Of a stretch of 64,000 nucleotides of DNA, positions 20,094 through 38,432 are shown piece by piece. The notes beneath the pieces are model-generated. The model searched no databases and was not told where the DNA came from. It saw only the letters and a list, made by a program, of their open reading frames with translations. The stretch's first letter is position 1; every line of letters starts with the position of its first letter. The position numbers and the translations under genes were made by a program. Source of the stretch: Escherichia phage vB_EcoM_Shinka; sequence record MZ502379.1. The stretch is one strand, 5' to 3'.

Positions 20094-21640
20094 GTAACAA
20101 TACATATCAGCACGTATCAAATGAATCAAAATATGTTAAATTCGATCCCACTGGATCGAATTTTCCTGGCACTGTTACGACAGTACAGTCTGCATTATCA
20201 AAAATAAGTAATATCGGCGTAAATGGTATTCCTGATGCAACTATGGAAGTTAAAGGAATAGCAATGATTGCATCAGAGCAAGAGGTTTTAGATGGAACAA
20301 ATAATTCTAAAATCGTTACACCAGCTACATTAGCAACAAGATTATTGTATCCAAATGCTACTGAAACTAAATATGGTTTAACGCGCTATTCAACAAATGA
20401 AGAAACATTAGAAGGCTCAGATAATAATTCATCAATAACGCCGCAAAAACTGAAATACCATACTGATGATGTGTTCCAAAATAGATATTCGTCTGAGTCA
20501 TCAAACGGGGTTATTAAAATATCATCTACGCCTGCAGCTTTGGCTGGTGTCGATGATACTACGGCGATGACTCCGTTGAAAACCCAAAAACTTGCAATAA
20601 AATTAATTTCACAAATAGCTCCTTCCGAAGATACTGCATCAGAATCTGTGAGAGGTGTGGTTCAATTATCAACTGTTGCGCAAACTCGTCAAGGAACTCT
20701 CCGCGAAGGATATGCAATTTCTCCGTATACCTTTATGAATTCTGTTGCAACACAAGAATATAAGGGTGTTATACGTTTAGGAACACAATCGGAAATTAAC
20801 AGTAATTTAGGAGATGTTGCAGTAACAGGTGAAACACTAAATGGTCGAGGAGCTACCGGTTCTATGCGTGGAGTAGTTAAATTAACGACGCAAGCCGGTA
20901 TTGCCCCTGAAGGTGATAGCTCTGGAGCATTAGCATGGAACGCAGATGTAATTAATACTCGTGGTGGACAAACTATTAATGGTTCTTTAAATTTAGACCA
21001 TCTTACAGCAAACGGAATTTGGTCGCGCGGTGGAATGTGGAAAAATGGCGATCAACCTGTTGCCACTGAAAGATATGCGTCCGAACGAGTTCCGGTTGGA
21101 ACTATTATGATGTTTGCGGGTGATTCAGCACCTCCAGGTTGGATTATGTGTCATGGTGGAACCGTGTCAGGTGACCAATTTCCTGATTATAGAAACGTAG
21201 TTGGAACAAGATTTGGTGGTGATTGGAATAATCCTGGTATTCCTGATATGCGAGGTCTTTTCGTCAGAGGAGCCGGCACAGGCGGTCATATTTTAAATCA
21301 ACGGGGACAAGATGGTTATGGGAAGGATAGACTTGGCGTAGGATGTGACGGAATGCATGTTGGTGGTGTTCAAGCACAACAAATGTCATACCATAAACAC
21401 GCCGGTGGTTGGGGGGAATATAACAGAAGTGAAGGCCCATTTGGCGCGTCTGTTTATCAAGGATATCTTGGAACTAGAAAATATTCCGACTGGGATAACG
21501 CTTCATACTTCACTAATGATGGATTTGAATTAGGTGGACCGAGAGATGCTCATGGTACACTTAATCGTGAAGGATTAATTGGTTATGAAACTAGACCATG
21601 GAATATATCATTAAACTATATTATTAAAGTTCATTACTAA
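20090..21640 (+). CDS. 12: short tail fibre gp12
   Basis: 516 aa, N-terminus [26 protein letters not shown]. Confidence 0.85.
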   Translation: MSNNTYQHVSNESKYVKFDPTGSNFPGTVTTVQSALSKISNIGVNGIPDATMEVKGIAMIASEQEVLDGTNNSKIVTPATLATRLLYPNATETKYGLTRYSTNEETLEGSDNNSSITPQKLKYHTDDVFQNRYSSESSNGVIKISSTPAALAGVDDTTAMTPLKTQKLAIKLISQIAPSEDTASESVRGVVQLSTVAQTRQGTLREGYAISPYTFMNSVATQEYKGVIRLGTQSEINSNLGDVAVTGETLNGRGATGSMRGVVKLTTQAGIAPEGDSSGALAWNADVINTRGGQTINGSLNLDHLTANGIWSRGGMWKNGDQPVATERYASERVPVGTIMMFAGDSAPPGWIMCHGGTVSGDQFPDYRNVVGTRFGGDWNNPGIPDMRGLFVRGAGTGGHILNQRGQDGYGKDRLGVGCDGMHVGGVQAQQMSYHKHAGGWGEYNRSEGPFGASVYQGYLGTRKYSDWDNASYFTNDGFELGGPRDAHGTLNREGLIGYETRPWNISLNYIIKVHY

Positions 21641-21649
21641 GGATTACAA

Positions 21650-23107
21650 ATGATTGAATTAAAAGAGTTACCTTTTGTTGATAGCGTTCCTGACGAAGGT
21701 CAGGAACGTATTTCATGGATTAAAAATGGTGAAGAAATATTAGGAGCTAGTACTAAGTATGGAAATGATGGATCAATGAATAGACCAATTGTTTCCGTGT
21801 TTAAAAACGTCGAAGTTCTTGATGAAAATGTGGGAATTCTTAAAACTGCCATTGAAACATCACAGAAAGATATTAAAACAATTCAAGGAGTTTTAGATGT
21901 ATCAGGAGATATAGAAGCACTATCGCAGATCAGTGTTAATAAAAATGACATATCGAATTTAAAGACACTTACCAGTGAACACACTGATATATTAACTGGA
22001 ACTAATAATACAGTTGACAAAATTATTGCTGATATAGGTCCATTTAATGATGAAGAAAACTCTGTTTATAGAACAATTAGAAATGATTTATTGTGGATTA
22101 AACAGGAATTAGGACAATATTCTGGCCAAGACATTAACGGTCTTCCTGTTGTTGGTAATGCTAGCACAGGAATGAAACACAGAATAATAACAAATAGTAC
22201 ATTATTATCTTCACAGGGCATTCGTTTAAGCGAATTAGAAAATAAATTTACTGAATCTGACGTAGGATCATTAACTGTTGAAGTTGGTAAATTACGTGAT
22301 GAACTTGGTAATAAACCAGTAGATTTTGGGCCAAATATTTATAATAGATTAAACACCATAGATGATAAACAAACTTTAATAATTTCTGATATAGCAGAAA
22401 TTAAATCTTCTATTGGATACCCAGAAAATGTTTCTATAATAACAGAAATTAATAATAACAAAAGTAGCATTGAAGCTATTAATAATGAATTAAATCAGAG
22501 TGAAGGTGTTAAACAGCGCTTAACGGCTATTGAAACTTCTATAGGTTCAGATGATATTCCTTCTAGTATTAAAGGAAAAATTAAAAATCACACAACTTCT
22601 ATTGAGTCTTTAAACGGAATTGTTGGTGAAAACACTTCGTCTGGTTTAAGAGCGAATGTTTCGTGGTTAAATCAAATTGTTGGAACTGACTCCAGCGGAG
22701 GACAACCGTCTCCTTCTGGATCTCTATTAAATAAAGTTTCAGTGCTTGAAGGAGAAGTTTCAGTTTTAAACAATAATGTTCAAAATATACAAGTTGAAAT
22801 AGGAAATAATAGAACAGGAATTAAAGGTCAAGTTATTGAACTTACTTCACTTATAAATGGAAATAATCCTGACGGATCAACTGTTGAAGAACGAGGATTA
22901 ACTAATTCTATAAAAACGAATGAAACCAACATTGCGGCAGTCACACATGAAGTAAATACAGCTAAAGACAATATATCCTCTTTACAGAGCAGCGTTCAAG
23001 CTCTACAAGAAGCAGGTTATATTCCTGAAGCTCCAAAAGATGGCCAAGCTTACGTTCGTAAAGACGGCGAATGGGTACTACTTTCTACCTTTTTATCACC
23101 AGCATAA
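21650..23107 (+). CDS. wac: fibritin (whisker) Wac
   Basis: 485 aa coiled-coil; C-terminal foldon [27 protein letters not shown]. Confidence 0.9.
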   Translation: MIELKELPFVDSVPDEGQERISWIKNGEEILGASTKYGNDGSMNRPIVSVFKNVEVLDENVGILKTAIETSQKDIKTIQGVLDVSGDIEALSQISVNKNDISNLKTLTSEHTDILTGTNNTVDKIIADIGPFNDEENSVYRTIRNDLLWIKQELGQYSGQDINGLPVVGNASTGMKHRIITNSTLLSSQGIRLSELENKFTESDVGSLTVEVGKLRDELGNKPVDFGPNIYNRLNTIDDKQTLIISDIAEIKSSIGYPENVSIITEINNNKSSIEAINNELNQSEGVKQRLTAIETSIGSDDIPSSIKGKIKNHTTSIESLNGIVGENTSSGLRANVSWLNQIVGTDSSGGQPSPSGSLLNKVSVLEGEVSVLNNNVQNIQVEIGNNRTGIKGQVIELTSLINGNNPDGSTVEERGLTNSIKTNETNIAAVTHEVNTAKDNISSLQSSVQALQEAGYIPEAPKDGQAYVRKDGEWVLLSTFLSPA

Positions 23108-23138
23108 CATGGGGCCGCAAGGCCCCAAAGGATTTTAA

Positions 23139-24840
<1,702 letters not shown>

Positions 24841-24881
24841 TAAATATTATAAACTAATTAAAGCCCAGATTAGGAGAAATC

Positions 24882-28022
<3,141 letters not shown>

Positions 28023-28050
28023 TATTAAAGCATATTAAAGAGGATTAAAA

Positions 28051-30030
28051 ATGACTTTATTATCTCCGGGCATTGAGCTCAAAGAAACTACGGTTCAAAG
28101 CACCGTGGTTAATAACTCTACTGGTACAGCAGCTTTGGCCGGTAAATTCCAGTGGGGTCCTGCTTTTCAGATTAAACAGGTTACAAACGAAGTAGATTTA
28201 GTTAATACTTTTGGTCAACCTACAGCTGAAACTGCTGACTATTTTATGTCTGCAATGAATTTCTTACAATATGGAAATGATTTGCGAGTTGTGCGCGCTG
28301 TCGATAGAGATACCGCTAAAAACTCATCTCCGATTGCTGGTAATATTGAATACACAATTTCTACCCCAGGTAGTAACTACGCGGTTGGAGATAAAATCAC
28401 GGTCAAATATGTTTCAGAAGATGTTGAAACAGAAGGTAAAATTACCGAAGTAGATGCTGATGGAAAAATTAAGAAAATTAATATTCCTACTGCAAAAATT
28501 ATTGCTAAAGCTAAAGAAGTTGGCGAATACCCAACATTAGGTTCTAACTGGACTGCAGAAATTTCTTCATCTTCTTCCGGTTTAGCTGCAGTAATAACTC
28601 TTGGAAAAATTATTACTGATTCCGGTATTTTATTAGCTGAAATCGAGAGCGCTGAAACTGCTATGACAGCAGTTGATTTTCAGGCAAATCTTGAAAAATA
28701 TGGAATTCCAGGAGTAGTAGCTCTCTATCCAGGCGAATTAGGCGATAAAATTGAAATTGAAATCGTATCTAAAGCTGACTATGCGAAAGGCGCTTCTGCA
28801 TTACTGCCAATTTATCCAGGTGGTGGTACTCGTGCATCTACTGCCAAGGCAGTATTTGGATATGGGCCGCAGACTGACTCACAGTACGCTATTATAGTTC
28901 GTCGAAATGATGCTATTGTTCAAAGCGTTGTTCTTTCAACTAAGCGTGGTGAAAAAGATATTTACGATAGTAACATCTATATTGATGACTTTTTCGCAAA
29001 AGGTGGTTCAGAATATATTTTCGCAACTGCGCAAAACTGGCCAGAAGGCTTCTCTGGAATTTTAACTCTGTCTGGTGGATTATCATCAAATGCTGAAGTA
29101 ACAGCAGGAGATTTGATGGAAGCTTGGGACTTCTTTGCTGACCGCGAATCTGTTGACGTTCAGTTGTTTATTGCGGGTTCTTGTGCCGGTGAATCTTTAG
29201 AAACAGCATCTACTGTCCAAAAACACGTCGTTTCAATTGGAGATGCTCGCCAAGATTGCTTAGTATTGTGCTCACCACCGCGTGAAACTGTTGTTGGAAT
29301 TCCTGTAACTCGTGCAGTAGATAATTTAGTTAACTGGAGAACTGCGGCAGGTTCATATACTGATAATAACTTTAATATTAGTTCAACCTACGCAGCAATT
29401 GATGGTAACTACAAATATCAGTATGACAAATATAATGATGTAAATCGTTGGGTTCCATTAGCAGCTGACATTGCTGGTTTATGCGCGAGAACTGATAACG
29501 TTTCTCAGACTTGGATGTCTCCAGCTGGTTATAATCGTGGTCAGATTCTTAACGTTATTAAACTTGCTATTGAAACTCGCCAAGCTCAGCGCGACCGTTT
29601 ATATCAAGAAGCTATCAACCCAGTAACTGGTACAGGTGGTGATGGTTACGTATTGTATGGTGATAAAACAGCTACTTCTGTTCCTTCTCCATTTGATCGT
29701 ATTAACGTTCGTCGTCTGTTTAATATGTTGAAAACGAATATCGGACGTAGTTCAAAATATCGTTTGTTCGAATTAAACAACGCGTTTACTCGTTCATCAT
29801 TCCGCACAGAAACTGCCCAATACTTACAGGGAATTAAAGCTCTCGGTGGAATTTATGAATATCGTGTAGTTTGCGATACAACAAATAACACTCCGTCAGT
29901 AATTGATAGAAATGAGTTTGTTGCAACATTCTACATTCAACCGGCTAGAAGCATTAACTACATTACCTTGAACTTCGTAGCAACTGCTACTGGTGCAGAT
30001 TTCGATGAGTTAACTGGTCTTGCTGGTTAA
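28051..30030 (+). CDS. 18: tail sheath protein gp18
   Basis: 659 aa; order. Confidence 0.9.
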   Translation: MTLLSPGIELKETTVQSTVVNNSTGTAALAGKFQWGPAFQIKQVTNEVDLVNTFGQPTAETADYFMSAMNFLQYGNDLRVVRAVDRDTAKNSSPIAGNIEYTISTPGSNYAVGDKITVKYVSEDVETEGKITEVDADGKIKKINIPTAKIIAKAKEVGEYPTLGSNWTAEISSSSSGLAAVITLGKIITDSGILLAEIESAETAMTAVDFQANLEKYGIPGVVALYPGELGDKIEIEIVSKADYAKGASALLPIYPGGGTRASTAKAVFGYGPQTDSQYAIIVRRNDAIVQSVVLSTKRGEKDIYDSNIYIDDFFAKGGSEYIFATAQNWPEGFSGILTLSGGLSSNAEVTAGDLMEAWDFFADRESVDVQLFIAGSCAGESLETASTVQKHVVSIGDARQDCLVLCSPPRETVVGIPVTRAVDNLVNWRTAAGSYTDNNFNISSTYAAIDGNYKYQYDKYNDVNRWVPLAADIAGLCARTDNVSQTWMSPAGYNRGQILNVIKLAIETRQAQRDRLYQEAINPVTGTGGDGYVLYGDKTATSVPSPFDRINVRRLFNMLKTNIGRSSKYRLFELNNAFTRSSFRTETAQYLQGIKALGGIYEYRVVCDTTNNTPSVIDRNEFVATFYIQPARSINYITLNFVATATGADFDELTGLAG

Positions 30031-30065
30031 TACGGTGCATTCTAAAGGCCTGTTTCGGCAGGCCA

Positions 30066-30073
30066 TATAAATA
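30066..30073 (+). promoter_or_regulatory. late promoter TATAAATA (distal, gene 19)
   Basis: exact TATAAATA, overlaps a GC hairpin 30047..30064. Confidence 0.4.
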
Positions 30074-30124
30074 CACTATATCCTTAATTCTTTAATTCTA
30101 TATGCCCTAGGTTAAACATAGGGA

Positions 30125-30132
30125 TATAAATA
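30125..30132 (+). promoter_or_regulatory. late promoter TATAAATA (proximal, gene 19)
   Basis: exact TATAAATA 15 nt upstream of ATG 30147. Confidence 0.5.
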
Positions 30133-30146
30133 CTACAGAGGCTAAT

Positions 30147-30638
30147 ATGTTTGTAGATGATGTAACACGAGCGTTTGAATCTGGTGATTTTGCTCGACCT
30201 AACTTATTCCAAGTAGAAATTTCTTATCTTGGACAAAATTTTACATTCCAATGTAAAGCCACTGCTTTACCAGCTGGTATTGTAGAAAAAATTCCAGTCG
30301 GATTTATGAACCGTAAAATTAACGTAGCAGGCGATCGTACATTCGATGACTGGACTGTTACAGTAATGAACGATGAAGCTCATGATGCTCGCCAGAAGTT
30401 TGTTGATTGGCAAAGCATTGCTGCTGGTCAAGGAAACGAAATTACTGGTGGAAAACCTGCAGAGTATAAAAAGAGCGCTATTGTTCGTCAATATGCTCGT
30501 GATGCTAAAACAGTAACAAAAGAAATTGAAATTAAAGGTCTGTGGCCTACTAACGTGGGTGAACTTCAATTAGATTGGGATTCAAACAATGAAATCCAAA
30601 CCTTTGAAGTAACTCTTGCTCTCGATTATTGGGAATAA
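30147..30638 (+). CDS. 19: tail tube protein gp19
   Basis: 163 aa; order. Confidence 0.9.
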   Translation: MFVDDVTRAFESGDFARPNLFQVEISYLGQNFTFQCKATALPAGIVEKIPVGFMNRKINVAGDRTFDDWTVTVMNDEAHDARQKFVDWQSIAAGQGNEITGGKPAEYKKSAIVRQYARDAKTVTKEIEIKGLWPTNVGELQLDWDSNNEIQTFEVTLALDYWE

Positions 30639-30670
30639 AATGAATGGGGAGAAATCCCCATCCTGCTTAA

Positions 30671-32295
<1,625 letters not shown>

Positions 32296-32296
<1 letters not shown>

Positions 32297-32535
32297 TGGA
32301 AGGTTTAATTGAAGCTATTAAATCAAACGACCTCGTAGCCGCTCGTAAATTATTTGCTGAAGCCATGGCTGCAAGAACGATTGATTTAATTAAAGAAGAA
32401 AAAATCGCTATCGCTCGTAATTTCTTAATCGAAGGTGAAGAACCTGATGACGAGGATGATGACGAAGACGAAGATAGTGATGATAAAGACGACAAAAAAG
32501 ACAAAGACTCTGACGAAGACGAGGATGATGAATAA
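32296..32535 (+). CDS. 67: prohead core protein gp67
   Basis: 79 aa with highly acidic D/E-rich C-terminal tail. Confidence 0.8.
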
Positions 32536-32960
32536 TGCTTCTGATCCCTGAAACTCATGAATTAGTTCTCGAGAATGTCGAAGCACTTATTCCTGAAGCA
32601 CAGGGTCGCTTTGACGAATTGTCTTCTGCTTTAAATAAAGACGATATAAATACAATTGTCGAGAATATGCTTGATGATGAAACTGATTTAGCGGTTGCAT
32701 TAGCTTCTATTAATGAAAATATGCCGTTAAATGAATTTATCGTTAAACATGTTTCTGCCCGTGGTGAAATTACTCGCACTAAAGATCGCAAAACCCGCGA
32801 ACGTAATGCATTTCAAACTACCGGGTTGTCTAAAGCAAAACGTAGACAAATTGCTCGTAAAGCTACCAAAACGAAGATTGCCAATCCAGCAGGTCAATCT
32901 CGTGCTCAGCGTAAGCGTAAAAAAGCTCTTAAACGCCGTAAAGCATTAGGATTAAGCTAA
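32535..32960 (+). CDS. 68: prohead core protein gp68
   Basis: 141 aa, basic C-terminus; order. Confidence 0.8.
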
Positions 32961-33598
32961 TGAATGAACCCCAATTACTAATTGAAACTTGGGGTCAACC
33001 TGGCGAAATTATTGATGGCGTACCAATGCTTGAATCTCATGATGGAAAAGACTTAGGTTTAAAACCGGGTTTATACATCGAAGGAATATTCATGCAAGCG
33101 GAAGTCGTCAATAGAAATAAACGTCTTTATCCAAAACGTATATTAGAAAAAGCGGTAAAAGACTATATTAATGAGCAAGTTTTAACTAAACAAGCTCTCG
33201 GAGAATTAAATCATCCTCCACGCGCTAATGTTGACCCGATGCAAGCCGCTATCATTATAGAAGATATGTGGTGGAAAGGAAATGACGTATACGGACGAGC
33301 TCGTGTTATTGAAGGTGACCACGGTCCTGGAGATAAATTAGCAGCTAATATTCGTGCCGGATGGATTCCAGGAGTTTCTTCTCGTGGATTAGGTTCATTG
33401 ACTGACACAAATAAAGGTTATCGTATCGTAAACGAAGGATTCAAATTAACTGTAGGTGTTGATGCAGTATGGGGTCCAAGTGCTCCAGATGCATGGGTAA
33501 CTCCTAAGGAAATTACCGAATCACAGACGGCGGAAGCCGATACAAGTGCCGATGACGCCTATATGGCTCTCGCAGAGGCCATGAAAAAAGCGTTATAA
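32960..33598 (+). CDS. 21: prohead core protease gp21
   Basis: 212 aa; order. Confidence 0.85.
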   Translation: MNEPQLLIETWGQPGEIIDGVPMLESHDGKDLGLKPGLYIEGIFMQAEVVNRNKRLYPKRILEKAVKDYINEQVLTKQALGELNHPPRANVDPMQAAIIIEDMWWKGNDVYGRARVIEGDHGPGDKLAANIRAGWIPGVSSRGLGSLTDTNKGYRIVNEGFKLTVGVDAVWGPSAPDAWVTPKEITESQTAEADTSADDAYMALAEAMKKAL

Positions 33599-33601
33599 AT
33601 A
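33594..33601 (+). promoter_or_regulatory. late promoter TATAAATA (gene 22)
   Basis: exact TATAAATA overlapping gene 21 stop, ~28 nt upstream of ATG 33629. Confidence 0.45.
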
Positions 33602-33628
33602 TTATTATCTAAACAACAGGACTACAAA

Positions 33629-34438
33629 ATGCTTAAAGAACAACTGATTGCTGAAGCGCAAAAAATTGATGCTTCCGTTGCTCTTGATAGTATTTTCGAA
33701 TCAGTTAATATTTCTCCGGAAGCAAAAGAAACTTTCGGCACTGTATTCGAAGCTACCGTCAAGCAGCACGCCGTTAAATTAGCTGAATCTCATATCGCTA
33801 AAATTGCTGAAAAAGCAGAAGAAGAAGTAGAAAAAAATAAAGAAGAAGCAGAAGAAAAAGCTGAGAAGAAAATCGCTGAGCAAGCTTCTAAATTCCTTGA
33901 CCATCTTGCAAAAGAATGGCTCACTGAAAATAAATTAGCAGTAGATAAAGGTATCAAAGCCGAACTGTTTGAATCCATGCTTGGTGGATTGAAAGAGCTC
34001 TTCGTTGAACACAACGTTGTTGTTCCAGAAGAATCAGTTGATGTTGTAGCTGAAATGGAAGAAGAACTGCAAGAACATAAAGAAGAATCAGCTCGTCTGT
34101 TCGAAGAACTCAATAAGCGTGACGCATATATCAATTATGTGCAGCGTGAAGTGGCATTGAGCGAAAGTACTAAAGATCTGACTGAGTCTCAAAAAGAAAA
34201 AGTCTCTGCTCTGGTCGAAGGTATGGATTATTCAGATGCATTCTCAAGTAAATTGAGTGCAATCGTAGAAATGGTGAAGAAATCTAATAAAGATGAAAGC
34301 ACTATTACTGAGAGTATAAATACTCCTGATACTGAAGCAGCCGGACTGAATTTCGTCACTGAAGCTGTAGAAGATAAATCTGCACAAGGTGCAGAAGATA
34401 TTGTAAGTGTATATGCGAAAGTCGCATCTCGTTTCTAA
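33629..34438 (+). CDS. 22: prohead core scaffold protein gp22
   Basis: 269 aa, E/K-rich coiled coil. Confidence 0.85.
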   Translation: MLKEQLIAEAQKIDASVALDSIFESVNISPEAKETFGTVFEATVKQHAVKLAESHIAKIAEKAEEEVEKNKEEAEEKAEKKIAEQASKFLDHLAKEWLTENKLAVDKGIKAELFESMLGGLKELFVEHNVVVPEESVDVVAEMEEELQEHKEESARLFEELNKRDAYINYVQREVALSESTKDLTESQKEKVSALVEGMDYSDAFSSKLSAIVEMVKKSNKDESTITESINTPDTEAAGLNFVTEAVEDKSAQGAEDIVSVYAKVASRF

Positions 34439-34456
34439 TTTTAAAGGTTAACACAA

Positions 34457-36022
34457 ATGACTATCAAAACTAAAGCTGAACTTTTGAACAAATGGAAGCC
34501 ATTACTGGAAGGTGAAGGTTTACCGGAAATTGCTAATAGCAAACAAGCGATTATCGCTAAAATCTTTGAAAACCAGGAAAAAGATTTCCAGACAGCTCCG
34601 GAATATAAAGACGAAAAAATTGCTCAGGCATTCGGTTCTTTCTTAACAGAAGCTGAAATCGGTGGTGACCACGGTTACAATGCTACCAACATCGCTGCAG
34701 GTCAGACTTCTGGAGCAGTAACTCAGATTGGCCCAGCTGTTATGGGTATGGTACGTCGTGCTATTCCTAACCTGATTGCTTTCGATATTTGTGGTGTTCA
34801 GCCAATGAACAGCCCGACTGGCCAAGTATTCGCACTGCGCGCAGTATATGGTAAAGACCCAATCGCTTCCGGTGCTAAAGAAGCATTCCACCCAATGTAT
34901 GGTCCAGATGCAATGTTCTCTGGTCAGGGTGCTGCTAAGAAATTCGCTGCTTTGAAAGCAAGTGATACTCTTGAAGTCGGAACTATTTACACTCACTTCT
35001 TCCAGGAAACTGGTACAGTATATCTGCAAGCTACAGAAGTTAAACAAATTGATTCAAGCGCATCTGACGCAGACAAATTAGATGCTGAAATTAAGAAACA
35101 AATGGAAGCTGGTGTACTGGTAGAAATCGCTGAAGGTATGGCTACTTCTATCGCTGAACTTCAGGAAGGTTTTAACGGTTCTACCGATAACCCATGGAAT
35201 GAAATGGGCTTCCGTATCGATAAGCAAGTTATCGAAGCTAAATCTCGTCAGCTGAAAGCTGCTTACTCTATTGAATTAGCACAAGACCTTCGCGCTGTTC
35301 ACGGTATGGATGCTGATGCTGAACTGTCTGGTATTCTGGCTACCGAAATTATGCTGGAAATCAACCGCGAAGTTGTTGATTGGATTAACTACTCCGCTCA
35401 GGTTGGTAAATCTGGTATGACCCTGACTCCGGGTTCTAAAGCTGGTGTATTTGACTTCCAGGACCCAATCGATATTCGTGGTGCTCGCTGGGCAGGTGAA
35501 TCCTTTAAAGCTCTGTTGTTCCAGATTGACAAAGAAGCAGTTGAAATTGCTCGTCAGACTGGTCGCGGCGAAGGTAACTTCATTATCGCTTCCCGTAACG
35601 TAGTTAACGTTCTGGCTTCAGTTGATACTGGCATTTCTTATGCTGCACAGGGTCTGGCTACCGGCTTCAACACTGATACTACCAAGTCAGTATTTGCTGG
35701 TGTTCTGGGTGGTAAATACCGCGTATATATCGACCAGTATGCTAAACAGGATTATTTCACTGTAGGTTATAAAGGTCCGAACGAAATGGATGCTGGTATT
35801 TACTATGCTCCATATGTAGCTCTGACTCCGCTGCGTGGTTCCGATCCGAAGAACTTCCAACCGGTAATGGGATTCAAAACTCGTTACGGTATCGGTATCA
35901 ACCCATTTGCAGAATCCGCTGCTCAGGCTCCGGCTTCTCGCATTCAGAGCGGTATGCCTTCTATTCTGAATAGCCTTGGTAAAAACGCTTACTTCCGCCG
36001 TGTATATGTTAAAGGTATCTAA
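34457..36022 (+). CDS. 23: major capsid protein gp23
   Basis: 521 aa; order; strong codon bias. Confidence 0.9.
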   Translation: MTIKTKAELLNKWKPLLEGEGLPEIANSKQAIIAKIFENQEKDFQTAPEYKDEKIAQAFGSFLTEAEIGGDHGYNATNIAAGQTSGAVTQIGPAVMGMVRRAIPNLIAFDICGVQPMNSPTGQVFALRAVYGKDPIASGAKEAFHPMYGPDAMFSGQGAAKKFAALKASDTLEVGTIYTHFFQETGTVYLQATEVKQIDSSASDADKLDAEIKKQMEAGVLVEIAEGMATSIAELQEGFNGSTDNPWNEMGFRIDKQVIEAKSRQLKAAYSIELAQDLRAVHGMDADAELSGILATEIMLEINREVVDWINYSAQVGKSGMTLTPGSKAGVFDFQDPIDIRGARWAGESFKALLFQIDKEAVEIARQTGRGEGNFIIASRNVVNVLASVDTGISYAAQGLATGFNTDTTKSVFAGVLGGKYRVYIDQYAKQDYFTVGYKGPNEMDAGIYYAPYVALTPLRGSDPKNFQPVMGFKTRYGIGINPFAESAAQAPASRIQSGMPSILNSLGKNAYFRRVYVKGI

Positions 36023-36036
36023 TCTTTGACGATTTA

Positions 36037-36066
36037 AGGGACCTTCGGGTCCCTTTAGTTGTTTTT
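36037..36066 (+). terminator. rho-independent terminator after gene 23
   Basis: stem AGGGACC/GGTCCCT, loop TTCG, then T-rich tract. Confidence 0.6.
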
Positions 36067-36070
36067 ATGG

Positions 36071-36078
36071 TATAAATA
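36071..36078 (+). promoter_or_regulatory. late promoter TATAAATA (gene 24)
   Basis: exact TATAAATA ~28 nt upstream of ATG 36106. Confidence 0.5.
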
Positions 36079-36105
36079 AATCATATAAACCAAAAGGAAA
36101 GCGCA

Positions 36106-37389
36106 ATGGCTAAAATCAACGAACTTCTGCGCGAATCAACCACAACGAATAGCAACTCAATCGGTCGCCCAAATCTCGTTGCTTTGACTCGCGCTACCAC
36201 TAAATTAATATATTCTGACATTGTAGCAACGCAAAGAACTAATCAACCTGTTGCTGCTTTTTATGGTATCAAATACCTTAACCCAGACAATGAATTTACA
36301 TTTAAAACTGGTGCTACTTATGCTGGCGAAGCTGGATATGTAGACCGAGAACAAATCACAGAATTAACAGAAGAGTCTAAATTAACTCTCAATAAGGGCG
36401 ATTTATTCAAATATAATAATATCGTTTATAAAGTATTAGAAGATACACCATTTGCTGATATTGAAGAAAGCGATTTAGAATTAGCTCTTCAGATTGCAAT
36501 CGTTCTTTTAAAGGTTCGTCTATTTTCTGATGCTGCAGTAACAAGCAAATTTGAAAACTCTGATAGCGAAATTGCGGATGCTAGATTCCAGATTAATAAA
36601 TGGCAAACCGCAGTTAAATCTCGTAAACTTAAAACTGGCATCACAGTTGAATTAGCACAAGATTTAGAAGCAAATGGATTCGATGCTCCTAATTTCTTGG
36701 AAGATTTGCTTGCAACTGAAATGGCGGATGAAATCAATAAAGATATTCTGCAGTCTTTGATTACAGTGTCAAAACGTTATAAAGTTACAGGAATTACTGA
36801 TACTGGATTCATTGATTTGAGTTATGCATCTGCACCTGAAGCTGGTCGTTCATTATACCGAATGGTATGTGAAATGGTTTCGCATATCCAAAAAGAATCA
36901 ACTTATACAGCAACGTTCTGTGTTGCTTCAGCTCGTGCCGCTGCGATTCTTGCTGCATCAGGTTGGTTAAAACATAAACCAGAAGATGATAAATATCTTT
37001 CACAAAATGCCTATGGGTTCTTAGCTAATGGTTTACCGCTTTATTGCGATACCAACAGTCCATTAGATTATGTAATCGTTGGCGTAGTAGAAAATATCGG
37101 TGAAAAAGAAATTGTTGGATCAATTTTCTATGCTCCGTATACAGAAGGTCTCGACTTAGATGACCCTGAACATGTAGGTGCATTTAAAGTTGTTGTTGAT
37201 CCAGAAAGCTTACAGCCGTCTATCGGTTTATTAGTTAGATATGCTTTATCAGCAAATCCTTATACCGTAGCAAAAGATGAAAAAGAAGCAAGAATAATTG
37301 ATGGTGGAGACATGGATAAAATGGCGGGTCGTTCAGATTTGTCTGTTTTATTAGGTGTTAAATTACCAAAAATTATCATTGATGAATAA
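36106..37389 (+). CDS. 24: capsid vertex protein gp24
   Basis: 427 aa; paralogous in fold to gp23; order. Confidence 0.9.
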   Translation: MAKINELLRESTTTNSNSIGRPNLVALTRATTKLIYSDIVATQRTNQPVAAFYGIKYLNPDNEFTFKTGATYAGEAGYVDREQITELTEESKLTLNKGDLFKYNNIVYKVLEDTPFADIEESDLELALQIAIVLLKVRLFSDAAVTSKFENSDSEIADARFQINKWQTAVKSRKLKTGITVELAQDLEANGFDAPNFLEDLLATEMADEINKDILQSLITVSKRYKVTGITDTGFIDLSYASAPEAGRSLYRMVCEMVSHIQKESTYTATFCVASARAAAILAASGWLKHKPEDDKYLSQNAYGFLANGLPLYCDTNSPLDYVIVGVVENIGEKEIVGSIFYAPYTEGLDLDDPEHVGAFKVVVDPESLQPSIGLLVRYALSANPYTVAKDEKEARIIDGGDMDKMAGRSDLSVLLGVKLPKIIIDE

Positions 37390-37394
37390 AACAA

Positions 37395-37420
37395 AGGGAC
37401 CTTTCGGTCCCTTTTTATTT
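37395..37420. terminator. bidirectional terminator hairpin between gene 24 and rnlB
   Basis: stem AGGGACC/GGTCCCT, loop TTTC, T-tract on plus side, A-tract on the other. Confidence 0.55.
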
Positions 37421-38423
37421 AACTTACCAATTCAATCCAAGCCGGACGAAGTACATCTTGTACCATTTTAACTAATTCCTTTTTAATCAAAGAAGGATTA
37501 TCCGCTTGAGTTAGAGTAATACCTTCACGAGAAGTTTCTTCCAAAATATCTTGAACAGTTAGCCCCATCACCTTTCCAAAATCCTTTGGACCAATTTCGC
37601 CAATTTTAGAAATAACGTTATTTACTCGGTTTAGTGTAACGTAACAAGCTAAAATCCCCACCAATTTGTTATCAGCTTCTGACAGTTCAACTTTAGCTTT
37701 AATAGGCTTATCAGACTTTTTCTTTTCACTAAATTTAGAATTCTTGCATTTGATGGCTACACGATTGCGATTAGGCAGCCAAGAAGGATAACAAGGTTTC
37801 AATACATATCCTTCAGCGGTAAATACTTCGCCTTTGTCTTCAGCTTTCCAAACACATTTGTTAGCGTCAATTAAACCTGCATTATCTACGGTAAAATTAT
37901 AAGACGGAACAACAGAATCCAAATCATTTGGCAATTTAATAAGCTCTTCAAATTTACCGCGACCTAAAAGTGGAGCTATTTTAAATTTAAATGTATTGCA
38001 GAATGATTCCATCATATAATCGTCGACATAAGTCACATCGCCACTTTCTGTAGTGACAATAATGTCAAATACATAAAAATCTTTATCACCATAATCGACA
38101 TTCTTCTGAATGCCAGGTCCAGCGAATTCGCCAAATACTTGATAAGATACAACTGCTGAAGTTTCCATAATATCTTGTACTGCTTTAATGGAATCAGCGT
38201 AATTCTTTAGAATAATTTCATACCCAAAGAAATCTTCAGCAGGAAGAATAGGACCAGTACGTTTAGCGCAAGTTACTTTATCACGCTCAATAATCAATGA
38301 GAAATTTGTGCCGTGAATCTTTTCACGAGCTACCCACTCCCCACCAGTCAATCCCAAGCTGTAAAGTTTTTCAATGAATTTAGAATTGTAATGATTTTCA
38401 AGACTACTATACTTTTTAAACAT
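37419..38423 (-). CDS. rnlB: RNA ligase 2 (RnlB)
   Basis: 334 aa; nucleotidyltransferase motif I KIHGTN. Confidence 0.85.
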   Translation of the reverse strand: MFKKYSSLENHYNSKFIEKLYSLGLTGGEWVAREKIHGTNFSLIIERDKVTCAKRTGPILPAEDFFGYEIILKNYADSIKAVQDIMETSAVVSYQVFGEFAGPGIQKNVDYGDKDFYVFDIIVTTESGDVTYVDDYMMESFCNTFKFKIAPLLGRGKFEELIKLPNDLDSVVPSYNFTVDNAGLIDANKCVWKAEDKGEVFTAEGYVLKPCYPSWLPNRNRVAIKCKNSKFSEKKKSDKPIKAKVELSEADNKLVGILACYVTLNRVNNVISKIGEIGPKDFGKVMGLTVQDILEETSREGITLTQADNPSLIKKELVKMVQDVLRPAWIELVS

Positions 38424-38432
38424 AATTAATCC

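Noticed and set aside
30047-30064. GC hairpin after gene 18 as a terminator
   Set aside because: No T-run follows; it abuts a TATAAATA late promoter and is more likely a structural or RNase-processing element.
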